A stretch of DNA of 11,489 nt from Pseudobdellovibrionaceae bacterium (GTDB taxonomy: Bacteria > Bdellovibrionota > Bdellovibrionia > Bdellovibrionales > Bdellovibrionaceae), in assembly GCA_044359815.1 (NCBI GenBank), contig JBIKLL010000083.1, forward strand, positions 1 to 11,489, in the 5' to 3' direction. The first letter of the stretch is position 1; every line of letters starts with the position of its first letter. The position numbers were made by a program, and so were the translations under genes. Of the stretch, positions 1 through 7,836 are shown piece after piece. Under the pieces are notes generated by a model that was given only the letters and a program-made list of their open reading frames with translations, was not told the DNA's origin and did no database searches.

Positions 1-151
1 AACAACAATGGTGTCTCATGCCCTAAAAAAACATTATGTGATTGGCCTTGGAAAAACCGAAAAGCAGGTTTTGATTCTGATCAGCCTTGCTGATGGCATG
101 GGCTTAAAAAATCTTGAAGACCCGCAGTTAGAGTCTAAAGATGCTGCTTGA
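1..151 (+). CDS. cheW: Partial CDS (3' end only), probable CheW coupling protein
   Basis: Not in the ORF track. The frame starting at base 2 is open to TGA at 149-151 and reads TTMVSHALKKHYVIGLGKTEKQVLILISLADGMGLKNLEDPQLESKDAA*. YVIGLGK...VLILISL matches the typical CheW C-terminal pattern (Y-I-x-G-V-G-K...L-I-I-L-L-D-L). It overlaps the next ATG by 11 bp and sits in a che operon. Confidence 0.75.
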   Translation, partial: TTMVSHALKKHYVIGLGKTEKQVLILISLADGMGLKNLEDPQLESKDAA

Positions 152-653
152 TAAAAACGTTAAAATTTTAATTGTGGAAGACGAACCCGAGCTGCGGGAA
201 ATGCTGGGCGAAATACTGGAAGGCATTGGCGTTCAGGTCTCCAGCGCCGAAAATGGTTTGTTGGGACTTGAGAAGATTGCATCCTTTAAGCCCACTGTGA
301 TTTTGTCTGACATTAATATGCCAGTGATGACTGGCATAGCGATGCTAGAGAATATAAGAATGAATGGTATCGACACTCCAGTGATTTTTCTGACGGCCTT
401 TGCAGATCAAGAATTTTTAGTAAAAGCTCTTAGATTTGGAGCATTTGATTTTCTAAATAAGCCCTTTGATTTTAAGAAACTGGTTTCTGTGATTGAAGAG
501 GCCGCGGCTTACAGTCGCGCAGTGGTTGAATTTGAAAACGAATGGATTATAAAAAACTCTGCTGATCCTGATCATGCAAACAAAGCAGTTTACGAGGCCA
601 AAAAATCCATTATCAAAATGCGCTATTTAAACAGATACGACAAAGGAGTCTGA
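141..653 (+). CDS. Response regulator: CheY-like receiver domain plus a ~45-50 aa C-terminal tail without a recognisable output domain
   Basis: Receiver motifs ILIVEDE, phospho-Asp in LSDINMP, FLTAF, and LNKPF (conserved Lys-Pro). Confidence 0.9.
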   Translation: MLLDKNVKILIVEDEPELREMLGEILEGIGVQVSSAENGLLGLEKIASFKPTVILSDINMPVMTGIAMLENIRMNGIDTPVIFLTAFADQEFLVKALRFGAFDFLNKPFDFKKLVSVIEEAAAYSRAVVEFENEWIIKNSADPDHANKAVYEAKKSIIKMRYLNRYDKGV

Positions 654-655
654 AC

Positions 656-2425
656 TTGTCGGATTCAAATGTCTTTGCAGAACTACAAGATGAATTTATT
701 AACGAAGCATTGTTTTTGCTTGAGCAGTATGAGCAATCTCTGTTGACCTTAGAAACTCAAGAAAGCAAAAACGAAACCATGTCTTTGATTTTCAGAGTGG
801 CACATTCGGTTAAGGGCGGTGCTGCGGCCGTTGGTCTGAAAGAAGTTTCCGTGTATTCGCATGCGGTTGAGGATCTGTTATCGATTTTAAGGGTGTACCC
901 TGATTTGGTCAGTGCCGACGTGATATCAGTATTACTAAAATCTGGCGATATCATGCGAAGCTGGTTGATCCAGATTAAATCCACCGGGAACCTAGAATTT
1001 GATTGGGCTGAAAATGCCTCTGCCGTTAAGGTATTCACAGAAAAATTTGAATCAATAAAGGCTTTGCCTTTGGCAGATCATGGTGGCAGTACATCTATCG
1101 AATCTGTTCAATCTATGGATTCCAAAAATGAATTTTCAGAATTTAGCCAATCCGAAAATCCGTCTGCAATGAAAGAATCGCAAACGACCAATAAGGTGGC
1201 CGAGCCAGCGACCGCCGATGGAAATCAAGGACGAAAATCCAAAAGTTCCATCAAAGTAGACAGCGATCGTATTGACGGAGTTTTAGATGTTGTCGGAGAA
1301 ATTGTCGTATTAAAAAATCAATTGATACATGATTCGCTGATTATTTCTAAAAACGATCCTAAAGTTCACGCGGTTATTGATCAACTGGATAAGAGCATTC
1401 GCGATTTATATGAAAAAACATTAGGGCTCAGAATGACTCCGTTAAAATCTCTGTTTCTGAAAACTCAAAGAATCGTTCGTGATATTTCTAACAATCTGAA
1501 CAAACCAGTCAATTTAATTTTAAAAGGTGAAAATACAGAGGTCGAAAGATCGGTTTTTGATTTAGTCGGTGATCCCTTAGTGCACATTGTTCGAAATTCT
1601 ATGGATCACGGTATTGAAAATAAGTCAGACCGAATGACTAATAAAAAACCAGAAACTGCACAAATCACAATCGAAGCCAGTCAAACAGGCAGTAATGTGG
1701 TGATTGAAATCACTGACGACGGGAAAGGGATTGATCGGGACAAGGTTATTAAAAAAGCTCTGGAAAAGGGTTTGATCAATCAATCAAAAGCTGACGGTGC
1801 TTCTGATGAAGAAATTTTTAAACTTATTTTTGCCCCAGGATTTTCAACAGCCGATAAAGTCACAGATCTATCTGGCCGTGGTGTGGGCTTGGATGTGGTC
1901 AGAACTAACATTGAAGCCATAAATGGAAAAATCGAAATCCAAAGTCAAACTGGCAAGGGCACAAAGGTCAAAATGATCATCCCTTTGAGCACAGCGATTC
2001 TGGACGGAATATTAATTGGGCTAAACAAACAAAAGTTTTTGATACCGATATTTTCGATCAAAGAACTTATCAGGCTAAATCAGGTCCAAGTGACTTCAGT
2101 GAATCACAGGGATCAGTTTGTGCGTTTGCGCGAACAGTTAATACCAGTTTTAGATTTAGGAATTTTTGAACATGATGTGGATTTTAAAGACAGAAATTCA
2201 ATGTTGGTTGTTGTGCAAGCAAACAATCATCAGTTTGGTATTCCAGTGGATTCAATTTACGGTCAAACCCAGGTGGTTGTTAAGCCAATCACGTCAGACA
2301 GAACCAAGGCGCATTTTTCAGGGGCTGCTGTATTGGGTGATGGCACCACTGTTTTGATTCTGGACATTCAGGGATTAGTGCAAAATCGCAGTCAGAATTT
2401 TCAGCAACAAGGAGTTTCTGCATGA
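656..2425 (+). CDS. cheA: Chemotaxis histidine kinase CheA (Hpt - linker - dimerisation - HATPase - CheW-like P5)
   Basis: Hpt FRVAHSVKGGA; dimerisation SIKVDSDRIDGVLDVVGEIV; DPLVHIVRNSMDHGIE; DDGKGI; IFAPGFSTADKVTDLSGRGVGLDVV; C-terminal SGAAVLGDGTTVLILD. TTG start preceded by SD AAGGAG at 643-648. Confidence 0.97.
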   Translation: MSDSNVFAELQDEFINEALFLLEQYEQSLLTLETQESKNETMSLIFRVAHSVKGGAAAVGLKEVSVYSHAVEDLLSILRVYPDLVSADVISVLLKSGDIMRSWLIQIKSTGNLEFDWAENASAVKVFTEKFESIKALPLADHGGSTSIESVQSMDSKNEFSEFSQSENPSAMKESQTTNKVAEPATADGNQGRKSKSSIKVDSDRIDGVLDVVGEIVVLKNQLIHDSLIISKNDPKVHAVIDQLDKSIRDLYEKTLGLRMTPLKSLFLKTQRIVRDISNNLNKPVNLILKGENTEVERSVFDLVGDPLVHIVRNSMDHGIENKSDRMTNKKPETAQITIEASQTGSNVVIEITDDGKGIDRDKVIKKALEKGLINQSKADGASDEEIFKLIFAPGFSTADKVTDLSGRGVGLDVVRTNIEAINGKIEIQSQTGKGTKVKMIIPLSTAILDGILIGLNKQKFLIPIFSIKELIRLNQVQVTSVNHRDQFVRLREQLIPVLDLGIFEHDVDFKDRNSMLVVVQANNHQFGIPVDSIYGQTQVVVKPITSDRTKAHFSGAAVLGDGTTVLILDIQGLVQNRSQNFQQQGVSA

Positions 2426-3258
2426 GTGCATTAAAGCTTGCGACCAGTTTTGGAATTGCCGAAATCAGTGTTTCCGAATACCAGTTTTTCGCAGATAAAA
2501 TGATGCAACTGACAGGAGTGTCGCTTCCTGAAAATTCAAAAAACCGGGCTTTGATGTTAAACCGTCTGTCCCGTTTGATCAGAAAACTGAATTTAAGTTC
2601 CTATGCTGAATTGATTAAATTGATTCAGCAGGAGCGACCTGACACTATTGATGATTTTGTTTCTGCGCTGACAACAAACAAGACAGATTTTTTCCGAGAG
2701 ATTCAACATTTCACATTTTTAAAACAGTATTTAGTCGATCATTTTTCTAAGAAACAAAACCTAAGAATCTGGTGCAGTGCTGCCAGTACAGGGGCTGAAC
2801 CTTACACCATAGCTATGGTAGTGAAGGACACCGTAAATCCAATTCAGGTTGAATCGACAAAAATTTTGGCGACAGATATAGACCTGGAAGCTTTGGACCA
2901 TTGCAGGCAAGGTGTGTACCAAAAATCCGAGATTTCTGGGCTGGGCATGGAGCATTTGAATAAGTATTTCAAGAAAAAGCAGGACGGCTTTGAAATCAAG
3001 TCCGAGATCCTGAAGATGGTTCATTTTTCTCAGTTTAATCTGACTCACACAAATTACAGATTCAAAAATCAGTTTGATGTGATTTTTTGCAGAAATGTTT
3101 TGATTTATTTTGAGCCCCAAATGGTGTCACAGGTTATTGATATGTTGGTCGGCAATCTGAGCCCTGGTGGATATTTAATCCTGGGTCAATCAGAGGCAGG
3201 CTGTGTGAAAGGCAAACGACTACAAGTTTTAGGGAACTCTATTTTTAAAAAAATTTAA
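2422..3258 (+). CDS. cheR: Chemotaxis protein-glutamate methyltransferase CheR
   Basis: LTTNKTDFFRE, RIWCSAASTGAEPYTIAM, ILATDID, FDVIFCRNVLIYF, PGGYLILGQSE. ATGA overlap with cheA and SD AAGGAG at 2409-2414. Confidence 0.96.
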   Translation: MSALKLATSFGIAEISVSEYQFFADKMMQLTGVSLPENSKNRALMLNRLSRLIRKLNLSSYAELIKLIQQERPDTIDDFVSALTTNKTDFFREIQHFTFLKQYLVDHFSKKQNLRIWCSAASTGAEPYTIAMVVKDTVNPIQVESTKILATDIDLEALDHCRQGVYQKSEISGLGMEHLNKYFKKKQDGFEIKSEILKMVHFSQFNLTHTNYRFKNQFDVIFCRNVLIYFEPQMVSQVIDMLVGNLSPGGYLILGQSEAGCVKGKRLQVLGNSIFKKI

Positions 3259-3284
3259 GTAGTGAATTTTTGTGTTAGGAAGCC

Positions 3285-4316
3285 ATGAAGAAGAAAGTTT
3301 TGATCGTAGATGATTCAGCATTGATGAGAAAGTTTCTGAAGCTGGCTATTGAGCAATCCAGCCAGTTGCAGGTTATTGGAATGGCTGCTGATGCCTTTCA
3401 GGCCAGGGAAATCTTGTTGACAGAAAAACCTGATTTAATGACTCTGGATCTGGAAATGCCAAAACTTGATGGGATGAGCTTTCTGGAAAAAGTCATGGAG
3501 CATTTTCCGACCAAAACAGTCATCATCAGTGGTTTTGCCAAAGAAGGTTCCCAGTTAGCATTAAAGGCACTGTCTTTGGGTGCTATTGATGTGATTGAAA
3601 AGCCTGATTTTGAAACGTTGAAGGATCCTGATTTTGTAAACAGCAAGTTTTTGCAGAAAATTGAAGCCGCCTGCAGCGCCCGAATTTCAAAGGCTCGATC
3701 GGTACGGACCGAACAATTTCAGTTAGGCAATTCTGATTCGGTTTTGGCTGTTGCTGCTTCGACCGGGGGGACAGAAGCCATCAAAGTTTTTTTAGCTGGC
3801 TTAAAGCCGCCATTGCCACCAACTGTGATAGTCCAACACATGCCAGCAGGTTTCACAAAAATATTTGCGGAAAACTTAGCAAAAATATTCCCGTTTAAAA
3901 TTATGGAAGCTAAGGCGGGAGACAAATTATCGGAGAATACTATTTTAATAGCTCCTGGAAATTTTCACATGGAGCTAAAAAAAGTTGGTTCATTGCTGAG
4001 TGTGCAAATGAACACAGACCCGCAAATACATGGGGTTAGGCCAGCTGCAGATGTGCTTTTTAAGAGCGTCGCAAAAGCCGTCGGAGCCAAAGCCATTGGT
4101 GTTGTCCTGACTGGAATGGGTAAAGACGGAGCTGAAGGATTATTGGAAATCAAAAAATCCGGAGGATTAACTTTTGCACAAAGTGAAGCCACCTGCACAG
4201 TGTTTGGAATGCCGGCAGCTTGTATTAAATTAGATGCTGCCCAGTACATTGTGGATTTGGCAGAAATGCCTCGAAAGATTCACTCAGTCTTTGGTAAAAT
4301 CAAGGTCGCTTCGTAA
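3285..4316 (+). CDS. cheB: Chemotaxis response regulator / methylesterase CheB
   Basis: N-terminal receiver (VLIVDDS, TLDLEMPKLDG). Methylesterase triad motifs AASTGG (Ser), VQHMP (His) and LTGMGKDG (Asp), plus RPAADVLF and VFGMP. Confidence 0.97.
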   Translation: MKKKVLIVDDSALMRKFLKLAIEQSSQLQVIGMAADAFQAREILLTEKPDLMTLDLEMPKLDGMSFLEKVMEHFPTKTVIISGFAKEGSQLALKALSLGAIDVIEKPDFETLKDPDFVNSKFLQKIEAACSARISKARSVRTEQFQLGNSDSVLAVAASTGGTEAIKVFLAGLKPPLPPTVIVQHMPAGFTKIFAENLAKIFPFKIMEAKAGDKLSENTILIAPGNFHMELKKVGSLLSVQMNTDPQIHGVRPAADVLFKSVAKAVGAKAIGVVLTGMGKDGAEGLLEIKKSGGLTFAQSEATCTVFGMPAACIKLDAAQYIVDLAEMPRKIHSVFGKIKVAS

Positions 4317-4327
4317 ATCTATTTACA

Positions 4328-4517
4328 TGACCCACTTATCTGCGGTTAATTTTGAAATTTGAAAATGCAAACCTGTGAATTTATTAATTAGGGTCACAGC
4401 TCCTGCTTCTCTGCTCGGGCCAAGCCCCCGCCGTCCAGGCTCCGCAGAGGACCCTAATTAATAAATTCACAGGTTTGCATTTTCAAATTTCAAAATTAAC
4501 CGCAGGTCAGTGGGCCA
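4328..4517. repeat. Long inverted-repeat element (REP/MITE-like or structured RNA)
   Basis: 4340-4395 and 4450-4505 are exact reverse complements over 56 bp. The match extends imperfectly (9/12) to 4328 and 4517. The 54-bp GC-rich spacer holds nested stems CTCTGC/GCAGAG and GGGC-CAA-GCCC. Confidence 0.9.
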
Positions 4518-4634
4518 GCTGGTACTGAGTTTTTAAAAAAAGGCTATTTCTGAATGTGAACTTAACCTTTTGCAGGACCTTGTGCTGGGCATCAGCCCCT
4601 GTTTAAAACAGCCAAAAAATCCGATCAGATTCCA

Positions 4635-5930
4635 ATGGTAAAAACCTTAAATTCAGAAGTCATATCACAGGAACAATTGCTAAAGAGGTTTCGTATTATC
4701 ATGGTGCTTACGGGCACATTGTATCCATCTTGGGGACCCATTCTGTATGCCTTGGTTCCCAATGCCTATGATTCGATTCCAATCAGACTGGCTTTGGGTG
4801 GATCACTAGCAATCACAGTGGGGCTTTCTTACTATTTTAAATGGTTTCAGAAAAACATCGCTAACATTACCTACTTTGTTTTTGCCCTGGCCTACATTCA
4901 TGTCTATCAGTTGATATTGAAAAACGATTTTCACATTGCCTACGCTTTTGGTGGATTCATAACAATTATTATAGAAAGCATTTGTTTTATTCACCTGAGG
5001 GCCTTGGCCTATTATTGTCTGGTTGTGACGGCTACTGTGATTGTCGGAACTGTGCTGAATCCACAGATTAACTCCATTATGTATGGTGTGGCGTCTTTGA
5101 CTTTGTTGCCAGTATGCTATGTCAGCGTCAGAAATTTTGTTAAAATGATGCAGCAGTTACAGAAAAGCAAAGAAGAGCTGCTGGATCTGAGCGCTGCTGT
5201 GCAGACGTTGTTTTTGCCAGCTGACAAAAGTTTTAAATCAGATTTTTACGAAGTGAATGGGTATTACAGAGCCGTAGATAAATGCGGAGGTGACTGGTGG
5301 AAATACACAAAGACCAGTGACCAAAATCTGCGAATCACTGTAGGTGATGTGATGGGGCATGGGCCAGGATCAGCAATGATGACAGCCAGTGTAGCCAGCT
5401 ATTTTAGAGTGCTAGAATCTCAGTCGCAAATTGGATCCAGCGAAATTTTAAATAAAGTTAACGAGCAAATGACTGATTTCGGCAAATCTCAGTCCAGCTA
5501 TTTAATGACTATGTTGTCTTTGGATTTTGATTTTAAAACGGGGATTCTAAAAGCCCATTTTGCTGGTTGTCCTGCGCCTGCGATTGTGAAAGCAAACGGC
5601 GAAGTTCACTATCCTATGCAGGCGGGTACGCCATTAGGCAGTTTGGATTTTCAGTTGGGTAGTGTCGAGTATAGTCTGGCTGAGGGCGACAGGGTTTTGA
5701 TTTACACTGACGGGATTGTCGAGGCCGAAAAAGACAAAAACCAGTTTGGCCAACGACGATTAAATAAACTCATCAAAGACACACGCAGTCTGCAGCCAGA
5801 ATCTGCGTTGAGCAAAATCATAGACAGCATAGATCAGTTTGTTGGGGATTTTCCGCAGGGTGATGATTACACGATGATTGTTTTAGACGTTAAAAAAATT
5901 TCGAACCGAAATCAAATTAAGGCTTCATAG
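4635..5930 (+). CDS. Membrane-bound SpoIIE/RsbU-family PP2C Ser/Thr phosphatase with a multi-TM N-terminal region
   Basis: First ~165 aa contain several hydrophobic segments, followed by a short coiled-coil and AVQTLFLP. PP2C metal-binding motifs CGGDWW, VGDVMGHG, IYTDGI and QGDDYT are all present. Confidence 0.92.
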   Translation: MVKTLNSEVISQEQLLKRFRIIMVLTGTLYPSWGPILYALVPNAYDSIPIRLALGGSLAITVGLSYYFKWFQKNIANITYFVFALAYIHVYQLILKNDFHIAYAFGGFITIIIESICFIHLRALAYYCLVVTATVIVGTVLNPQINSIMYGVASLTLLPVCYVSVRNFVKMMQQLQKSKEELLDLSAAVQTLFLPADKSFKSDFYEVNGYYRAVDKCGGDWWKYTKTSDQNLRITVGDVMGHGPGSAMMTASVASYFRVLESQSQIGSSEILNKVNEQMTDFGKSQSSYLMTMLSLDFDFKTGILKAHFAGCPAPAIVKANGEVHYPMQAGTPLGSLDFQLGSVEYSLAEGDRVLIYTDGIVEAEKDKNQFGQRRLNKLIKDTRSLQPESALSKIIDSIDQFVGDFPQGDDYTMIVLDVKKISNRNQIKAS

Positions 5931-5939
5931 GGGATTTTT

Positions 5940-6416
5940 ATGAGCGAACTAAAAATAGCCAAAGGCACTCAAGACAGAACTATGAATCTGAAATTTTCTG
6001 GCAAAATAAACGAAGACGCGACAATGGAAGATTACGACTACCGTCAGTTTGATGTTTTGCGAGTGGATTTGCATGAGGTTAATTCTATAAACTCAGTGGG
6101 TGTCAGAACCTGGCTTAAATGGATTGCAAAGATCCCCAAGGACAAACAGCTAGTGTTTTTTAATGTTCCTAAAATACTGATCGATCAATGCAATATGATT
6201 AGGGGATTTGTACCAGTATGGGCAAAAATTGAAAGCTTCGAAGTCCCTTATTACTGTGCCAGTTGTGAAACTGTGACAAAAAATATGACTCAAAATCAAT
6301 CCAAAGATTATCATTTGTTTGCACTGAGCAGCATCAAATGCAGTCACTGCCAGGCAGACACAGAGCTGGACGTAGTGGCGGAATCATTTTTTAGATTTTT
6401 AAATGCCAAGCAGTGA
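5940..6416 (+). CDS. STAS/anti-sigma-antagonist-like protein with C-terminal CxxC-x24-CxxC (putative Zn ribbon), paralog 1
   Basis: FSGKINEDA...VDLHEVNSINSVGVRTW resembles the STAS motif DLSxVxFIDSSGL. Carries CASC...CSHC. Lies 9 bp after the phosphatase stop codon. Confidence 0.7.
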   Translation: MSELKIAKGTQDRTMNLKFSGKINEDATMEDYDYRQFDVLRVDLHEVNSINSVGVRTWLKWIAKIPKDKQLVFFNVPKILIDQCNMIRGFVPVWAKIESFEVPYYCASCETVTKNMTQNQSKDYHLFALSSIKCSHCQADTELDVVAESFFRFLNAKQ

Positions 6417-7294
6417 TTCCTTTTATCAGATTTTTGATGGTTTTATGGATGGCATTTTAGTAATGAAGCCAGACCTGTCTGTTATCTATTGCAATGACTC
6501 AGCCGTCAGTATTTTAAAAGCACCATCAGCAAGATCCTTGTTAAAAAAAAAATGCAAGCAAGGCTTTACCCTTTTTTTTGGAGTTGGATTTTCAAAACTG
6601 CACTGAGCTCATTTTGTTTCAGCAAGTGGCTTTCCAGGGTGATGCAATGCTGGTGGGGATAAAGCTTGCTCCGAATCAACAGGACCGCATTATTTATTTG
6701 CGAGACATATCAGCTGAGGTGAATCTGCAAGAAAAATTCAATTCTGAAAAAAGTGAAAAACAGAAAGTTCTAGCAAAGGCTAAATTGGATGGTTTGACAG
6801 GATGTTTTAACAGGGCAGGTTTTGACACGAAACTCAAGATTGCTTTCCAGAATGCAATCGGAATCCAGGCCCCAATGTCTGTGATGATGATTGATTTAGA
6901 TTTTTTTAAAAACATAAATGATCAATTTGGACACAGTGCAGGTGATAAGTATCTGGTTGAAATGACCCGTGTGATGCAATCCTGTTTGCGTGACTGTGAC
7001 AGTCTTGGTCGTATGGGTGTGGATGAGTTTTCGGTATTGTTGGTCGGATGCGATAAGGTTCAATCGACTTATGTTGGCCTGCGTATTTTAGAAGCAGTTC
7101 AGAATCTTAAGGTGAGCTGGGATCATAAAAAATTGCAGACGACTTGCTCGGTGGGTCTTTGTCAGCTTGATGCCTCGATACAGAATACTGAAGAACTGTT
7201 AAAGCTTGCTGATGCTTGCGCCTATATTTCAAAAAATTCGGGGCGAAATGCCCTCTGTGTTTATCCTGATAAGACAATTTATCACAGGGACTAG
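6403..7294 (+). pseudogene. PAS-GGDEF domain gene split by a +1 frameshift (sequencing error, phase-variable tract or true pseudogene); degenerate GVDEF motif
   Basis: ORF 6403..6606 begins a PAS fold (IFDGFMDGILVMKPDLSVIYCNDSA). ORF 6578..7294, in the +1 frame, has the PAS end (YLRDIS) and a GGDEF domain (DGLTGCFNR, MIDLDFFKNINDQFGHSAGD, RDCD, GRMGVDEF, ADACAYISKNSGRN). Deleting one base in A10 (6543-6552) or T8 (6572-6579) fuses them into a 296-aa ORF. Confidence 0.8.
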
Positions 7295-7367
7295 AATCAT
7301 TTAAAAGCTTTTTAGGTAAACAGAATGTTATTGATACTTATCGGGGCCAGGGAGTAGAATTTTATCT

Positions 7368-7835
7368 GTGAAGGGTTTTAAAACAAACAGCATTATTAAA
7401 GACAATTCTTTGGTTATCAGCCTGTCTGGCGTTATGAATGAAGACGCAAAATTTGAACCCATAGATTTATCAAAAGCTTCTGAGCTGGTTTTGAACCTGA
7501 GCGGAATCACATTAATAAATTCAATCGGAATCAGAAATTGGCTTAAATGGTCAGCCGGCTTTCCAACGGACAGAAAAATCAAGCTGACTAATGTCCCTAA
7601 GGCAATGATTGATCAAGCCAATATGCTGTCCAATTTTTTTCCGAAAAACAGTGTGTTTGAATCATTTGAGGTTCCCTATTACTGTGCCTCTTGTGAAAAA
7701 TCTCATTCAGTTTTTTATGAGATTCAAGCCGCCAACACAGCCGAACAGGTCAAGGATTCTGGTTCCTGCCCTAAATGTGGATCAGCCACTGAGCTGGATG
7801 TCTTAAAAGAATCCTATTTAAGATTTTTAAAATAA
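7368..7835 (+). CDS. STAS/anti-sigma-antagonist-like protein with C-terminal CxxC-x24-CxxC, paralog 2
   Basis: GTG start with AGGGAG upstream. Contains LNLSGITLINSIGIRNW and shares ESFEVPYYCASCE, WLKW, NVPK, IDQ and TELDV with 5940..6416. Carries CASC...CPKC. Confidence 0.72.
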   Translation: MKGFKTNSIIKDNSLVISLSGVMNEDAKFEPIDLSKASELVLNLSGITLINSIGIRNWLKWSAGFPTDRKIKLTNVPKAMIDQANMLSNFFPKNSVFESFEVPYYCASCEKSHSVFYEIQAANTAEQVKDSGSCPKCGSATELDVLKESYLRFLK

Positions 7836-7836
7836 A

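Noticed and set aside
4313..4326. Palindrome GTAAAT-CT-ATTTAC at the cheB stop
   Set aside because: Six-bp AT-rich arms are expected by chance; the shared GTAAAT with the dinB repeat is probably coincidental.
4328..4517. Simple rho-independent terminator or classical MITE/IS call for the long hairpin
   Set aside because: The stem is AT-rich and far too long, no U-tract follows it directly, and no target-site duplication or transposase is visible. Kept as an unclassified repeat.
6578..6606. Independent TTG start for a stand-alone GGDEF gene
   Set aside because: There is no SD, it would begin mid-PAS domain, and a single-base frameshift explains both ORFs better.
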